DNA of 64,000 nucleotides from Dehalococcoidia bacterium (GTDB lineage Bacteria; Chloroflexota; Dehalococcoidia; SHYD01): NCBI GenBank assembly GCA_009692945.1, contig SHYD01000002.1, positions 25,027 to 89,026 of the forward strand, read 5' to 3'. Shown piece by piece: positions 1 to 8,525 of this stretch (position 1 is its first letter; each line of letters starts with the position of its first letter). The notes under the pieces were generated by a model. It saw only the letters and a program-made list of their open reading frames with translations, ran no database searches and was not told where the DNA came from. The position numbers and the translations under genes were made by a program.

Positions 1-567
1 ATATTTGGGGGCCCCATCCAAGGCGACACCCGCATGGTCGAGCAGCTGTGGTACCACTCCATCGCCTCGGCGGTTGTCGCGAAGGTGATCGCCCGCGAGG
101 TGGGGTGGCGGGACTCAGAGCAGTTCCTTGTGGCCGGGCTGCTCCACGACTTCGGGCAGCTGGTGGTGCTGCGAGGGTGTCCGGAGGCGTTCCATATGGT
201 GGATGCGGTGGCGAACCGGCAGGGTCGCTTTCTGGATGCTGAGAGCAAGATATACGGGACAAGCCACGCCTCGATCGGCGGACTATTGGCCGAACGTTGG
301 GGTCTACCCCCGGTCCTCCTGTCAGCCATCAACGGGCACCACCATCCGGATCCGTCCAAGCCATACCCGGAAACGGTGGCGGTGACCAACCTGGCCGATG
401 TCATCAGCCGCGCGCTGGGCATTGGTTACGACGGCGGTTTTGTCATGGAGCCAATCCCGGCCAGCGTCCGATCGTTGCTGGGGCTGGACGGCAACCGCAT
501 CAGGGCGATCGCCCATGCGGTGGACGAAGAATATCCTGAGATGGAGGCGCTGGCCGTGGGCTGGTAG
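1..567 (+). CDS. HDOD-domain signalling protein, 5' end outside window
   Basis: The frame of ORF 34..567 stays open to base 1. Motifs 'LLHDFGQLVV', 'GTSHASIGGLLAERWGLP' and 'HHHP' are typical of HDOD/HD-related output domains. Confidence 0.6.
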   Translation: MFGGPIQGDTRMVEQLWYHSIASAVVAKVIAREVGWRDSEQFLVAGLLHDFGQLVVLRGCPEAFHMVDAVANRQGRFLDAESKIYGTSHASIGGLLAERWGLPPVLLSAINGHHHPDPSKPYPETVAVTNLADVISRALGIGYDGGFVMEPIPASVRSLLGLDGNRIRAIAHAVDEEYPEMEALAVGW

Positions 568-591
568 CCTGGAGTCCGTGCCCTGTATCTT

Positions 592-748
592 TTCAGTGTC
601 AGGGGTTCGGGGGTATGAGACACTCCCCTCACCCCATGAAAACACAGGAGAATTCTATTGGGGGGCACCCCACGCTCCCGGCAGAGGGCTGTCGCCCTCG
701 GACACTCCCACTCCTGATCCCGGCCGCCCCTCAACGGTGAACTCTTAC
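592..748 (+). repeat. MITE-like GC-hairpin repeat, type 1, full length
   Basis: TTCAGTGTCAGGGGTTCGGGG...CAGAGGGCTGTCGCCCTCG...CCCCTCAACGGTGAACTCTTAC. Near-identical to 8204..8360(-), 11179..11322(+) and 18433..18584(+). Confidence 0.85.
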
Positions 749-775
749 CGGGCCCGTACCGGGGCCTGGTTCGTC

Positions 776-805
776 TGTACAGGGCTGGGCGGACGTGGCT
801 ATAAT
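776..805 (+). promoter_or_regulatory. candidate sigma70-type promoter for greA
   Basis: TGTACA, 18-nt spacer, perfect TATAAT (800..805), about 70 nt upstream of the greA start. Confidence 0.35.
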
Positions 806-877
806 GGGTGCGGCTGGGGCCTCAAGGTGTCTCAGTCTTTTTTAGTACCCGAGGATGCCGGGTTAAGGAGGCGGTGG

Positions 878-1345
878 ATGGCTGAACATGGACCGGCATA
901 TCTAACCCCAGAAGGTCTCAAGGAGTTGGAGCACGAGCTCGAGCAGCTTCGCATGGTGCGGCGTAAGAATATTGCCGATAAGATCCACGAAGCCAAGGAA
1001 CTCGGCACGACCGTCAACAATGCTGAGTACGACGATGCGAAACGCGAGCAGTCTTTCGTAGAAGGACGCATCCGGGACCTTGAAACCCTGTTCAAGACCG
1101 CAAAAGTCATCACCCACGACTCGGGTGGGTCCATTAACGTCGGTTCGCGCGTGATCGTAAAGTCGTTGGGGGGCGATGACGAACATTTCACGATTGTGGG
1201 AAGCGCTGAGGCTCACCCGCTGGAGGGAAAGATCTCTAACGAGTCGCCGGTGGGGAAAGCGTTGCTGGGCAAGCGCGTGGGTGAGAAGGTCCAGGTGATG
1301 ACTCCAGCGGGGGTGACCATCTACACGGTCGCATCCGTTGAATAG
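878..1345 (+). CDS. greA: transcription elongation factor GreA
   Basis: 'MAEHGPAYLTPEGLKELEHELEQLR...AEYDDAKREQSFVEGRIRDLE' matches GreA. AAGGAGG RBS at 865..871. The upstream part of ORF 398..1345 is repeat read-through. Confidence 0.9.
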   Translation: MAEHGPAYLTPEGLKELEHELEQLRMVRRKNIADKIHEAKELGTTVNNAEYDDAKREQSFVEGRIRDLETLFKTAKVITHDSGGSINVGSRVIVKSLGGDDEHFTIVGSAEAHPLEGKISNESPVGKALLGKRVGEKVQVMTPAGVTIYTVASVE

Positions 1346-1368
1346 CGTCCGGAGGAATCGTCCATACC

Positions 1369-1400
1369 CACCCCGGGCGCTGCGTCCGGGGTGTTGTTTG
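1369..1400 (+). terminator. rho-independent terminator after greA
   Basis: Stem CACCCCGG / CCGGGGTG with a 9-nt loop, followed by TTGTTTG. Confidence 0.6.
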
Positions 1401-1419
1401 CGAGGGATCGGCTGATCGC

Positions 1420-2253
1420 ATGCCCATGATCGGGGTGAACGGCGCCACGTTGTATCACCATGCTGCCGGAGTGGGAGAGCCCATGGTCCTCGTGCACGGA
1501 TCCTGGACCGACCATCACGACTGGGACCTGGTGTTTTCCGGCCTGGCGGCGGGGTTCAGGGTTGTGACGTACGACCGTCGAGGCCACAGTGCGAGCGAAG
1601 CGCCTCCCGCTGCGGGCTCGCTGGGAGAAGATGCGGCGGACCTCGCCGGGCTGGTCGAAGCCCTGGGGCTCGGGCCAGCGCACGTCGTCGGGCACTCATA
1701 CGGCGGGGTGATCGTGCTGCACCTGGCTACACAGCGCCCTGGGCTCTTTCGAACGATGGCGGTGCATGAAGCGCCGGTCTTCGGCAGTTTTCTGGATGAC
1801 CCGGAATTGGGAGAACTGGCGACACGGTCGCATCGCCAGCTCGACCCCGTCATCGCGGCGCTGGCGGAGGGCAACTACGAGGAAGGCGCCCGGCGTTTCG
1901 TCGACGACATCATCTTCGGACCGGGCGCCTGGGAGACAAGGCTCACCCTCCCGTTGCGGCGAAAGTTCATCCAGAACGCGCCGACGTTTCTCGATGAACT
2001 GCGCGACCCCACCCGTCTCAAGCTCGATCTCGCGGCCCTCGCGGCATTTGACCGGCCGGTGCTGATCTCGTACGGGGGCCGCAGCCGGAACCATTTCCCG
2101 CACATCACCCGCCGTCTCGCTGCGGTGTTGCCGCAGGCTGAAACGCACGTGTTTGAGGATGCGGCCCACGTGCCCCAGGTCAGCCACCCGGAGAGCTTTG
2201 TGGCGGCAGTCACGGATTTTATTCACCGCCACCCCACCGCCGGTCGAGACTGA
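1420..2253 (+). CDS. alpha/beta-fold hydrolase
   Basis: 'VLVHGSWTDHHDW' and the nucleophile elbow 'GHSYGG'. Length 277 aa. Confidence 0.75.
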   Translation: MPMIGVNGATLYHHAAGVGEPMVLVHGSWTDHHDWDLVFSGLAAGFRVVTYDRRGHSASEAPPAAGSLGEDAADLAGLVEALGLGPAHVVGHSYGGVIVLHLATQRPGLFRTMAVHEAPVFGSFLDDPELGELATRSHRQLDPVIAALAEGNYEEGARRFVDDIIFGPGAWETRLTLPLRRKFIQNAPTFLDELRDPTRLKLDLAALAAFDRPVLISYGGRSRNHFPHITRRLAAVLPQAETHVFEDAAHVPQVSHPESFVAAVTDFIHRHPTAGRD

Positions 2254-2286
2254 GCTGAGGGCGGGTGGCGGAGAATCGAGGACGCC

Positions 2287-3774
2287 ATGGCGGAACGGAA
2301 CGACGAGTTCTACCAACAGCGGCTGAGCAAACTGCAGGCGCTGCGCGCCCAGGGCCTGGACCCGTATCCCAGCCGGTTCGAACGCACCCATACGGCGGTG
2401 GAAGCAGCGGCCTATTTTGCGGCCTTCGAGGCGGAGCATGCTGGAGAGCATACCGAGGAGACCGTGACCCTGGCCGGGCGCATCACGGCGCTCCGGGTGA
2501 TGGGTAAGGCCACCTTCATGGACATCCGTGATGGAACCGGCAAACTCCAGGCGTATTTTCGGGCCGATCATCTGCCGGCCGGCCAGTTTCAAAACCTGAA
2601 GGAACTCGACCTGGGCGATTTTGTCGGCGTTACCGGCAACCTCTTTCGCACCCGGACCGGTGAGGTGACGCTGGGCGCCCATCACTACGCGGTTCTGGCC
2701 AAGTCGCTCCAGCCTCCCCCGGAGAAATGGCACGGGTTGACCGACACCGAGACCCGTTACCGGCACCGTTACCTCGACCTGATGTCCAGCGAAGAGGTGC
2801 GGCAGACCTTCATCACCCGTTCCCGGGTGGTGGCCACCATGCGCCGTTTTCTGGACGATCGGGGCTTCCTTGAGGTCGAGACGCCGATGCTGCAACCCCA
2901 GGCCGGGGGCGCGATGGCCCGGCCGTTTGTCACGCATTACAACGCCCTGGACCAACAGTTCTATCTGCGCATCGCCACTGAACTCCATCTCAAACGGCTG
3001 ATCGTCGGCGGTCTCGAGAAGGTGTACGAGATCGGGCGCATCTTCCGCAACGAGGGTATCTCCACCAAACACAACCCTGAGTTCACGACGTTGGAGAGCT
3101 ACGAGGCCTACGCCAGCTATCTGGACGTGATGGCCATGGTGGAAGACATGGTGAGCCACATCGCCCGGACGGTGCTGGGAGCCACGGAGATCCCGTACAA
3201 GGAAGGGACCATCAATCTGACCCCTCCATGGCGGCGGATCACGCTGCGGGATGCCATTCAGGAACGGTCGGGCATCGATTTCCTGGCGTATCGCGAGACC
3301 GATGCCCTGGCCGAGGCCATGCGCAGCAAGGGCCACACGCCTCCGGCGGGGGCAGGATTCGGCAAGCTGGTGGACGAATTGCTCTCCAACACCGTGGAAC
3401 GGCATCTCATGCAGCCGGCCTTCCTCACCGAGTATCCCGTGGAGCTCTCTCCTTTGGCGAAACGGATGCCCGAGAACGCCCGTTTGGTGGAGCGATTCGA
3501 AGCGTTCGTGGGTGGGATGGAGATTGCCAACGCCTTCAGCGAGCTGAATGATCCGGTCGAACAGCGGGCAAGGTTCTCCCACCAGGCGCAAATGCGGGCG
3601 CTGGGCGACGACGAAGCAGAACTCCCCGACGAGGACTTCCTGTTCGCCCTGGAGCACGGGATGCCCCCCACCGGGGGATTGGGCATGGGAATCGACCGGC
3701 TAGCGATGTTGCTGACCGGCAACGCTTCTATCCGGGAAGTTATCCTGTTTCCCCAGTTGCGCCGCCGGGAGTAG
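2287..3774 (+). CDS. lysS: lysine--tRNA ligase, class II
   Basis: 495 aa. The N-terminal OB fold and class II core ('FRNEGISTKHNPEFT', 'GGLGMGIDRLAMLL') are typical of LysS. Confidence 0.95.
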   Translation: MAERNDEFYQQRLSKLQALRAQGLDPYPSRFERTHTAVEAAAYFAAFEAEHAGEHTEETVTLAGRITALRVMGKATFMDIRDGTGKLQAYFRADHLPAGQFQNLKELDLGDFVGVTGNLFRTRTGEVTLGAHHYAVLAKSLQPPPEKWHGLTDTETRYRHRYLDLMSSEEVRQTFITRSRVVATMRRFLDDRGFLEVETPMLQPQAGGAMARPFVTHYNALDQQFYLRIATELHLKRLIVGGLEKVYEIGRIFRNEGISTKHNPEFTTLESYEAYASYLDVMAMVEDMVSHIARTVLGATEIPYKEGTINLTPPWRRITLRDAIQERSGIDFLAYRETDALAEAMRSKGHTPPAGAGFGKLVDELLSNTVERHLMQPAFLTEYPVELSPLAKRMPENARLVERFEAFVGGMEIANAFSELNDPVEQRARFSHQAQMRALGDDEAELPDEDFLFALEHGMPPTGGLGMGIDRLAMLLTGNASIREVILFPQLRRRE

Positions 3775-3784
3775 CGGCGGCCCC

Positions 3785-4450
3785 ATGGCGATCCGCGCGG
3801 TGCTCTTCGATGTCGGTGAGACGCTCATCGACGAATCGAGGATCTGGGGTGGGTGGGCCGACTGGCTGGGTGTGCCCCGGCCCTCGTTTTACGCTCTGCT
3901 GGGCAGCCTGATCGAACGGGGACGCGACCACCACGAGCTCTTCCAACTGCTGCGGCCGGGATTCGATCTGGCCGCGGAGGAGCGAGCGCGAGCCGGGGCG
4001 GGGGCGCCGAACGAGTTCGATGCGGCCGATTTGTATCCGGACGTCCGTCCGGCCATGGCGCGGCTGAAGGAACAAGGCTATTGGGTAGGCATCGCCGGCA
4101 ACCAGCCGGCACGAGCCGCCGCCTCAATAAGGGCTATGGGACTGGGGGTGGACCTCATCCTGACCTCGGCGGCAATGGGGTTCGAGAAACCGGACGTGCG
4201 GTTCTTCCAGCGGGCGGCGTTGGCCAGCGGCCACGATACTGCGGAAATTGCCTACGTTGGTGACCGGCTGGACAACGACGTGTTGCCGGCATTGGCTTCC
4301 GGTATGAAAGCGGTGTTCCTGCAACGCGGTCCATGGGGCCACATCCATTCCCTCCGGCCCGAGATCCAACGCGCTCACCTTCGGATCGCCAGCCTCTTGG
4401 ATCTCCCGGCGGCGTTCAACGGAATCGATGGAGTGCCGGTGAGGCGCTGA
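3785..4450 (+). CDS. HAD-superfamily hydrolase
   Basis: Motif I 'VLFDVGETL' and motif IV-like 'YVGDRLDNDV'. Confidence 0.7.
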   Translation: MAIRAVLFDVGETLIDESRIWGGWADWLGVPRPSFYALLGSLIERGRDHHELFQLLRPGFDLAAEERARAGAGAPNEFDAADLYPDVRPAMARLKEQGYWVGIAGNQPARAAASIRAMGLGVDLILTSAAMGFEKPDVRFFQRAALASGHDTAEIAYVGDRLDNDVLPALASGMKAVFLQRGPWGHIHSLRPEIQRAHLRIASLLDLPAAFNGIDGVPVRR

Positions 4451-4483
4451 TCGGGGATTCCAGGGCGCACTGCCCTGCTGCCC

Positions 4484-4715
4484 TCAATCGGCAATCAACT
4501 GGTATATGGCGCCGTTATTGAGGTTGACGGCATACAGTTCACCAGCTTCGTCTTCGCCGAAGGAAGCGATCCCGGCGCCCGCTGCTGCCAGCTGGTTGCG
4601 GCGCCAGGAGCCATCGGAAGAACGTTCGAGCCCCCACAGTTTTCCGCTGCAGAAGTCCGAGAAGAAGTAACGGCCCTGCAGCGCCGTTTGGGTCCGGCCC
4701 CGGTACGCATACCCA
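4484..4715 (-). pseudogene. C-terminal remnant of a PQQ-dependent sugar dehydrogenase-like beta-propeller protein
   Basis: Only 'GGYAYRGRTQTALQGRYFFSDFCSGKLWGLERSSDGSW...GELYAVNLNNGAIYQLIAD' is left. The upstream part of ORF 4484..4867 is repeat sequence. Confidence 0.55.
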
Positions 4716-4881
4716 CCCCTCACACTCCCCGCCAGCGGGAGACCCGCTGGACACCCCTGGAGGAGACGCTGTTCCTGGGAGAATGCTATGTGGGGCCATC
4801 CCCACTCCCCCAAGCAGAGGGCTGCCGCCCTCGTGCACTCCCACTCCTGAGCCCGGCCGCCCCTCAACAGTGAATTCTCAC
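4716..4881 (+). repeat. MITE-like repeat, composite (type 3 3' part fused to type 1 3' half)
   Basis: CCCCTCACACTCCCCGCCAGCGGGAGACCCGCTGGACACCCCTGGAGGAG...CAGAGGGCTGCCGCCCTCGTGCACTCCCACTCCTGAGCCCGGCCGCCCCTCAACAGTGAATTCTCAC. Confidence 0.8.
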
Positions 4882-4975
4882 GGGGAAATCGTGAGAAACG
4901 GCGAATTCCGGTCTGACCGTGACAAATTGATACGCGTTGCAGTTAAAGAGAATACTGACTTCAAGAAGGAAGCCT

Positions 4976-6292
4976 ATGGATTTCCCTGACCCTCAAAACA
5001 GAATATTGACGCGCCGGACGCTCTTCTCTCGCGGCGGCCTCGCCGTCGCTGCGGGAATCCTTGGTGGGGTGATCCTCCGGCGGCCCCGGGTGGCGCATGC
5101 CGGACCCGCCGGGGCGCCCCCTCCCCAAAGGCATCTTTCCTGGGTGTGGCAGTTCAGCGAGGACGGGGCCCCCGAAACCATCCGGCCGGCGCTCGCCGCC
5201 GCCGGGCTGGGAGTGGTTATCAAGACTCACGATGGGGTCGATTGGATGGATCGCTTCGACCCGTCGCCAAGTGCCGTGAGCGGTCCCGAAAAGTTCGCGA
5301 AGCTGGTCCGATTCTTCGAAGACGGCGGCGTTCCAGTACACGCGTGGTTTGTGGCCAAGGGCTACCAGCCACTTCAGGAGGCCAAGATGGCCGCCCAGGT
5401 GGTGGCGGCGGGCGCCCGCAGTGTAAGCGTCGACCTGGAGCCTCACCCGGGCTTCTGGGGTGGCGGGCCTCAGGAGGCGCTCCTGTTTGGCAAAGAGCTG
5501 CGCCGGCTCCAACCCAACGCGTGGCTGTCCGTTTCCGTGGACCCCCGCCCTTGGCATCTGCCGGGGATCCCTCTGAAGGAGTTTGCCGGTTTCAGTAACG
5601 AGATTGCGCCCCAGGTGTACTGGGACGAGTTCAACACTCCGGCAAATTGGGAGCATTTTGTCGCCTCGGGGTTTCCTCCCGGCGTGGAGGGGATCACCGC
5701 TGCGTTTCTGGTGGACGTGACCTTCAAGGTGCTCCAACCTTACGGATTGCCCATCCACCTGATAGGGCAGGCCAATGCGGTCCGCTCGGGCGGATGGCAG
5801 CAGTTGCTGGACCGTTCCTACTCGCAAGGGATCCATGCTGTCTCACTGTGGCGCCACGGGCTGACGCGGCCTGAGACGTGGCAGGCGCTCCAATTGAATC
5901 CCGTGACGAACGTTGCAGGCGGCGCCCATGTGTACGTGGTGCAGCCCGGCGACACCCTATCCAGCCTTGCGGCGAAATGGGGGGTGAGTGTTGACGCAGT
6001 GATGGACACCAACGGCATCAGCGACCCAAACTACATCTACGTTGGCCAGGTGCTGAAAGTTCCCCAGACCGGTACGGCTGCTAAACCGCCGCCTGTCTCG
6101 GCTTCCGAGCCTGCCGGTCCTGCACCCAACCGGCCCCCGGTTGTCCCCGCCGGGCCGTACGTGGTGCAGCCCGGCGACACGCTGACTTGGCTGGCGTTCC
6201 ATTGGGGGACCACGCCGTCCCGAATCGCCGAAGTCAATGCTTTAGCAAATCCCGACCTGATCTGGGCAGGGATGAAACTCCTCATCCCGTAG
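4976..6292 (+). CDS. Tat-secreted protein with two C-terminal LysM domains and a glycoside-hydrolase-like N-terminal domain
   Basis: Twin-arginine signal 'TRRTLFSRGGLAVAAG'. Two LysM repeats ('YVVQPGDTLSSLAAKWG', 'YVVQPGDTLTWLAFHWG'). RBS AAGAAGGAAG lies before ATG 4976. The N-domain assignment (Rv2525c/GH25-like) is tentative. Confidence 0.7.
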   Translation: MDFPDPQNRILTRRTLFSRGGLAVAAGILGGVILRRPRVAHAGPAGAPPPQRHLSWVWQFSEDGAPETIRPALAAAGLGVVIKTHDGVDWMDRFDPSPSAVSGPEKFAKLVRFFEDGGVPVHAWFVAKGYQPLQEAKMAAQVVAAGARSVSVDLEPHPGFWGGGPQEALLFGKELRRLQPNAWLSVSVDPRPWHLPGIPLKEFAGFSNEIAPQVYWDEFNTPANWEHFVASGFPPGVEGITAAFLVDVTFKVLQPYGLPIHLIGQANAVRSGGWQQLLDRSYSQGIHAVSLWRHGLTRPETWQALQLNPVTNVAGGAHVYVVQPGDTLSSLAAKWGVSVDAVMDTNGISDPNYIYVGQVLKVPQTGTAAKPPPVSASEPAGPAPNRPPVVPAGPYVVQPGDTLTWLAFHWGTTPSRIAEVNALANPDLIWAGMKLLIP

Positions 6293-6310
6293 TCCGCTAC
6301 CACCAACCCA

Positions 6311-6340
6311 CCCCTGCCCCAGCCCCCGCTGGGGCAGGGG
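6311..6340 (+). terminator. perfect 13-bp GC hairpin after the LysM gene
   Basis: CCCCTGCCCCAGC-CCCC-GCTGGGGCAGGGG. There is no clear U-tract. Confidence 0.45.
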
Positions 6341-6375
6341 TGGGGTTCATGTTATGCTACGCCGGATTTCTTTTC

Positions 6376-7650
6376 ATGCCATCCCTCGAGCCTGCCCGGC
6401 GGGGCGTTTTCTACGGATGGGTCATCGTTATCACGGTGGCCCTGTGCGATTTCGTCCAAAGCCAAGAGACCTTTCCGATCCTTGCCGTGCTCATGAAGCC
6501 GATCACCGGCGAATTCGGATGGACCCGTACTTCATTCACGACACCCATGGCCATAGGCACCGTGTTGGGGGGCCTGTTCGGGCCGATGGTGGGGGGCCTG
6601 CTGGATCGGTCGGGGCCGCGCTGGGCGACGGCGGTGTCCTTTGCTCTGCTCGGGTTGTTGATGCCGCTGATGGCGCTCATGGACTCAATCTGGCAGTACT
6701 ACGGCATTCAGATCAGCGCACGGCTCGTGACCCACGGCGTCATCGCGCTGGCTCTGGTGGTGGTGGTTCCGAAGTGGTTCGTGGTGAAGCGGGGACGGGC
6801 CGTCGCTTTGGGCAGCATCGGAAACTCCATCGGCCAATTCGCAATGCCGCCATTGACACTGCTCATGGTTACGCTGATTGGCTGGCGGCAAACCACCATG
6901 TTTCAAGGCGTGGTCGTGTGGCTGCTGGCGGTGATCCCCGCCGCGCTATTCTTGCGACGCATCCCCGAAGACCTGGGGCTGTTGCCTGATGGGATGACCC
7001 GTGAAGAATGGGAGCGCCGGCGGCGGGCCCAACCAGCAGCAGGAGCGGATGGTGACATCGAGGTTTCGGCGACGCTCCACCAGGCAATGCGCTCGCCTGC
7101 GTTCTATCTGCTCAGTTTGGCGGGGATGTGCAGTCCGTTCTCGGCGGCCGGGCTGAACCTCCATCTCTTTTCATTCTTGACCGACATCGGCGTCCCGGAG
7201 TTGCAGGCGGTCTCGGTGACCAGTGTGTGGCTGCTGTTCAACGCTCTGGGCGGGTTCGCTTCCGGGTTCCTGGCGGAGCGCTTCGGATCCCGGACCGTGA
7301 CGATGGTGAGTTTCGGGGCAGCAGCGCTTCCGGTGCTGCTCCTGCCGCTCGTCCACGACGCCCCCACCGCCCTGGTCTTCGCAGTGGCGCAGGGGTCGGC
7401 GACCGGCTGCGCGCTGGCGCAACGTCTGCTGTGGCCCGACTACTTTGGCCGGCGTCACCTCGGCGCAATCCGTGGGATGACCCATCCCACCCAGAACCTG
7501 GCCATCGCCGCGGGGCCGCTGGCCGGGGCCCTGGTGTTCGATGTGACCGGCGGTTATGGTCCGGCGTTTCTGGCGTTCGGTTCGGCAATGGTCATCGCAT
7601 GCCTGTGCGTCTTCGTTTCCCGCCCGCCCCGGGTCGCCGCGGCCGTCTGA
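6376..7650 (+). CDS. MFS transporter
   Basis: Multi-span hydrophobic protein. The start was chosen by alignment with the downstream paralog ('VFYGWVIVITVALCDFVQSQETFPILAV'). ATG 6349 is an alternative start. Confidence 0.75.
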   Translation: MPSLEPARRGVFYGWVIVITVALCDFVQSQETFPILAVLMKPITGEFGWTRTSFTTPMAIGTVLGGLFGPMVGGLLDRSGPRWATAVSFALLGLLMPLMALMDSIWQYYGIQISARLVTHGVIALALVVVVPKWFVVKRGRAVALGSIGNSIGQFAMPPLTLLMVTLIGWRQTTMFQGVVVWLLAVIPAALFLRRIPEDLGLLPDGMTREEWERRRRAQPAAGADGDIEVSATLHQAMRSPAFYLLSLAGMCSPFSAAGLNLHLFSFLTDIGVPELQAVSVTSVWLLFNALGGFASGFLAERFGSRTVTMVSFGAAALPVLLLPLVHDAPTALVFAVAQGSATGCALAQRLLWPDYFGRRHLGAIRGMTHPTQNLAIAAGPLAGALVFDVTGGYGPAFLAFGSAMVIACLCVFVSRPPRVAAAV

Positions 7651-7653
7651 ACG

Positions 7654-8058
7654 ATGCGGGCCTTCCGGTTCCCCGTCTACTACGGCTGGGTCATCGTTGC
7701 GACGGTGGTGCTCTGTGATTTCGTGCAGAGCCAGGAAACGTTTCCGATCCTGGCCATCATGCTGAAGCCGGTGACCGAGGAGTTTGGTTGGAGCCGAACG
7801 GCGTTCACCACTCCGGTGGCGGTTGGCACCGTCATCGGCGGGGTTTTTGGGCCTTTTCTGGGTCCCCGGGTCGATGGGTGGGGCCCGAGGTGGGTCACCG
7901 CTGGCTCCTTCCTCGCCCTCGGGGCGTTGCTGTGTCTCATGGCGTGGATGCAGGAGTTGTGGCAATACAACGTATTGCAGATCGCGGCTCGGGCCATCAT
8001 CCATGGCATCATTGGGCTCACCCTGGTGGTGGTTGTCCCCAAATGGTTCATCGCTCGT
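7654..8058 (+). pseudogene. tandem MFS paralog truncated after about 135 codons
   Basis: 'VYYGWVIVATVVLCDFVQSQETFPILAIMLKPVTEEFGW...VVVVPKWFIAR' parallels the first 135 aa of 6376..7650. Homology stops where repeat 8062..8194 begins. Confidence 0.6.
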
Positions 8059-8061
8059 CAA

Positions 8062-8194
8062 TTGCACTGCCCCTCCCCCGGAGAAATAGGAACAATGTTG
8101 CTCTTGGGGGGCGCCCCCAAGTCCCCGGCAAAGGGCTGCCGCCCTCTGCACAGCTGCTCCGAAGATTTCTGGCCCCTCATCTCTGAGTAGTTAC
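8062..8194 (+). repeat. MITE-like repeat, type 1/2 hybrid lacking the left arm
   Basis: ...GGGGGGCGCCCCCAAGTCCCCGGCAAAGGGCTGCCGCCCTCTGCAC...CTCTGAGTAGTTAC. Confidence 0.7.
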
Positions 8195-8203
8195 CTTCCC
8201 CGA

Positions 8204-8360
8204 GTAGGAGTTTACTGTTGAGGGCGGCCGGGCTCAACAGTGGGAGTGCACGAGGGCGGCAGCCCTCTGCCGGGGGCGTGGGGGTGGCCCCCACAGAGAA
8301 TCTCATCTTTTTTCCTGGGGTGGGGGGAGTGGCTCATATCCCCGAACCCCTGACACTGAA
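8204..8360 (-). repeat. MITE-like repeat, type 1, full length
   Basis: Reverse complement reads TTCAGTGTCAGGGGTTCGGGGATATGAGCC...CAGAGGGCTGCCGCCCTCGTGCACTCCC...CCCTCAACAGTAAACTCCTAC. Confidence 0.85.
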
Positions 8361-8382
8361 TAGACACCTCCCCGAATTCTGG

Positions 8383-8412
8383 TTGCGGGCGTCCGGCCAT
8401 GCCAGCTATACT
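8383..8412 (+). promoter_or_regulatory. candidate promoter of the tRNA-Leu/tRNA-Arg pair
   Basis: TTGCGG, 18-nt spacer, TATACT. The -10 box ends 21 nt before the tRNA-Leu 5' end. Confidence 0.4.
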
Positions 8413-8433
8413 GAGGGTGGTTCCGCACCATGG

Positions 8434-8519
8434 GCCGAAGTGGCGGAAAGGCAGACGCGCTACGTTCAGGGCGTAGTGTCCTTACGGGCGTGTGGGTTCA
8501 AATCCCACCTTCGGCACCA
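8434..8519 (+). tRNA. tRNA-Leu(CAG), type II, CCA encoded
   Basis: Acceptor GCCGAAG/CTTCGGC, anticodon arm CTACG-TTCAGGG-CGTAG, long variable arm, T-arm GTGGG-TTCAAAT-CCCAC, then ACCA. Confidence 0.9.
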
Positions 8520-8525
8520 ATTCCG

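Noticed and set aside
398-877. N-terminal 160 codons of ORF 398..1345 preceding greA
   Set aside because: It translates the HDOD gene out of frame and then the repeat at 592..748. GreA has its own AAGGAGG RBS and ATG at 878.
1696-3657. 653-aa ORF on the minus strand
   Set aside because: It lies antisense to the clearly conserved lysS and alpha/beta hydrolase genes. It has an Arg/Gly/Pro-rich, low-complexity composition typical of codon-aligned antisense frames in high-GC DNA.
7171-8151. 326-aa minus-strand ORF
   Set aside because: It lies antisense to the two MFS genes, whereas the MFS frames show clear transmembrane periodicity and paralogy.
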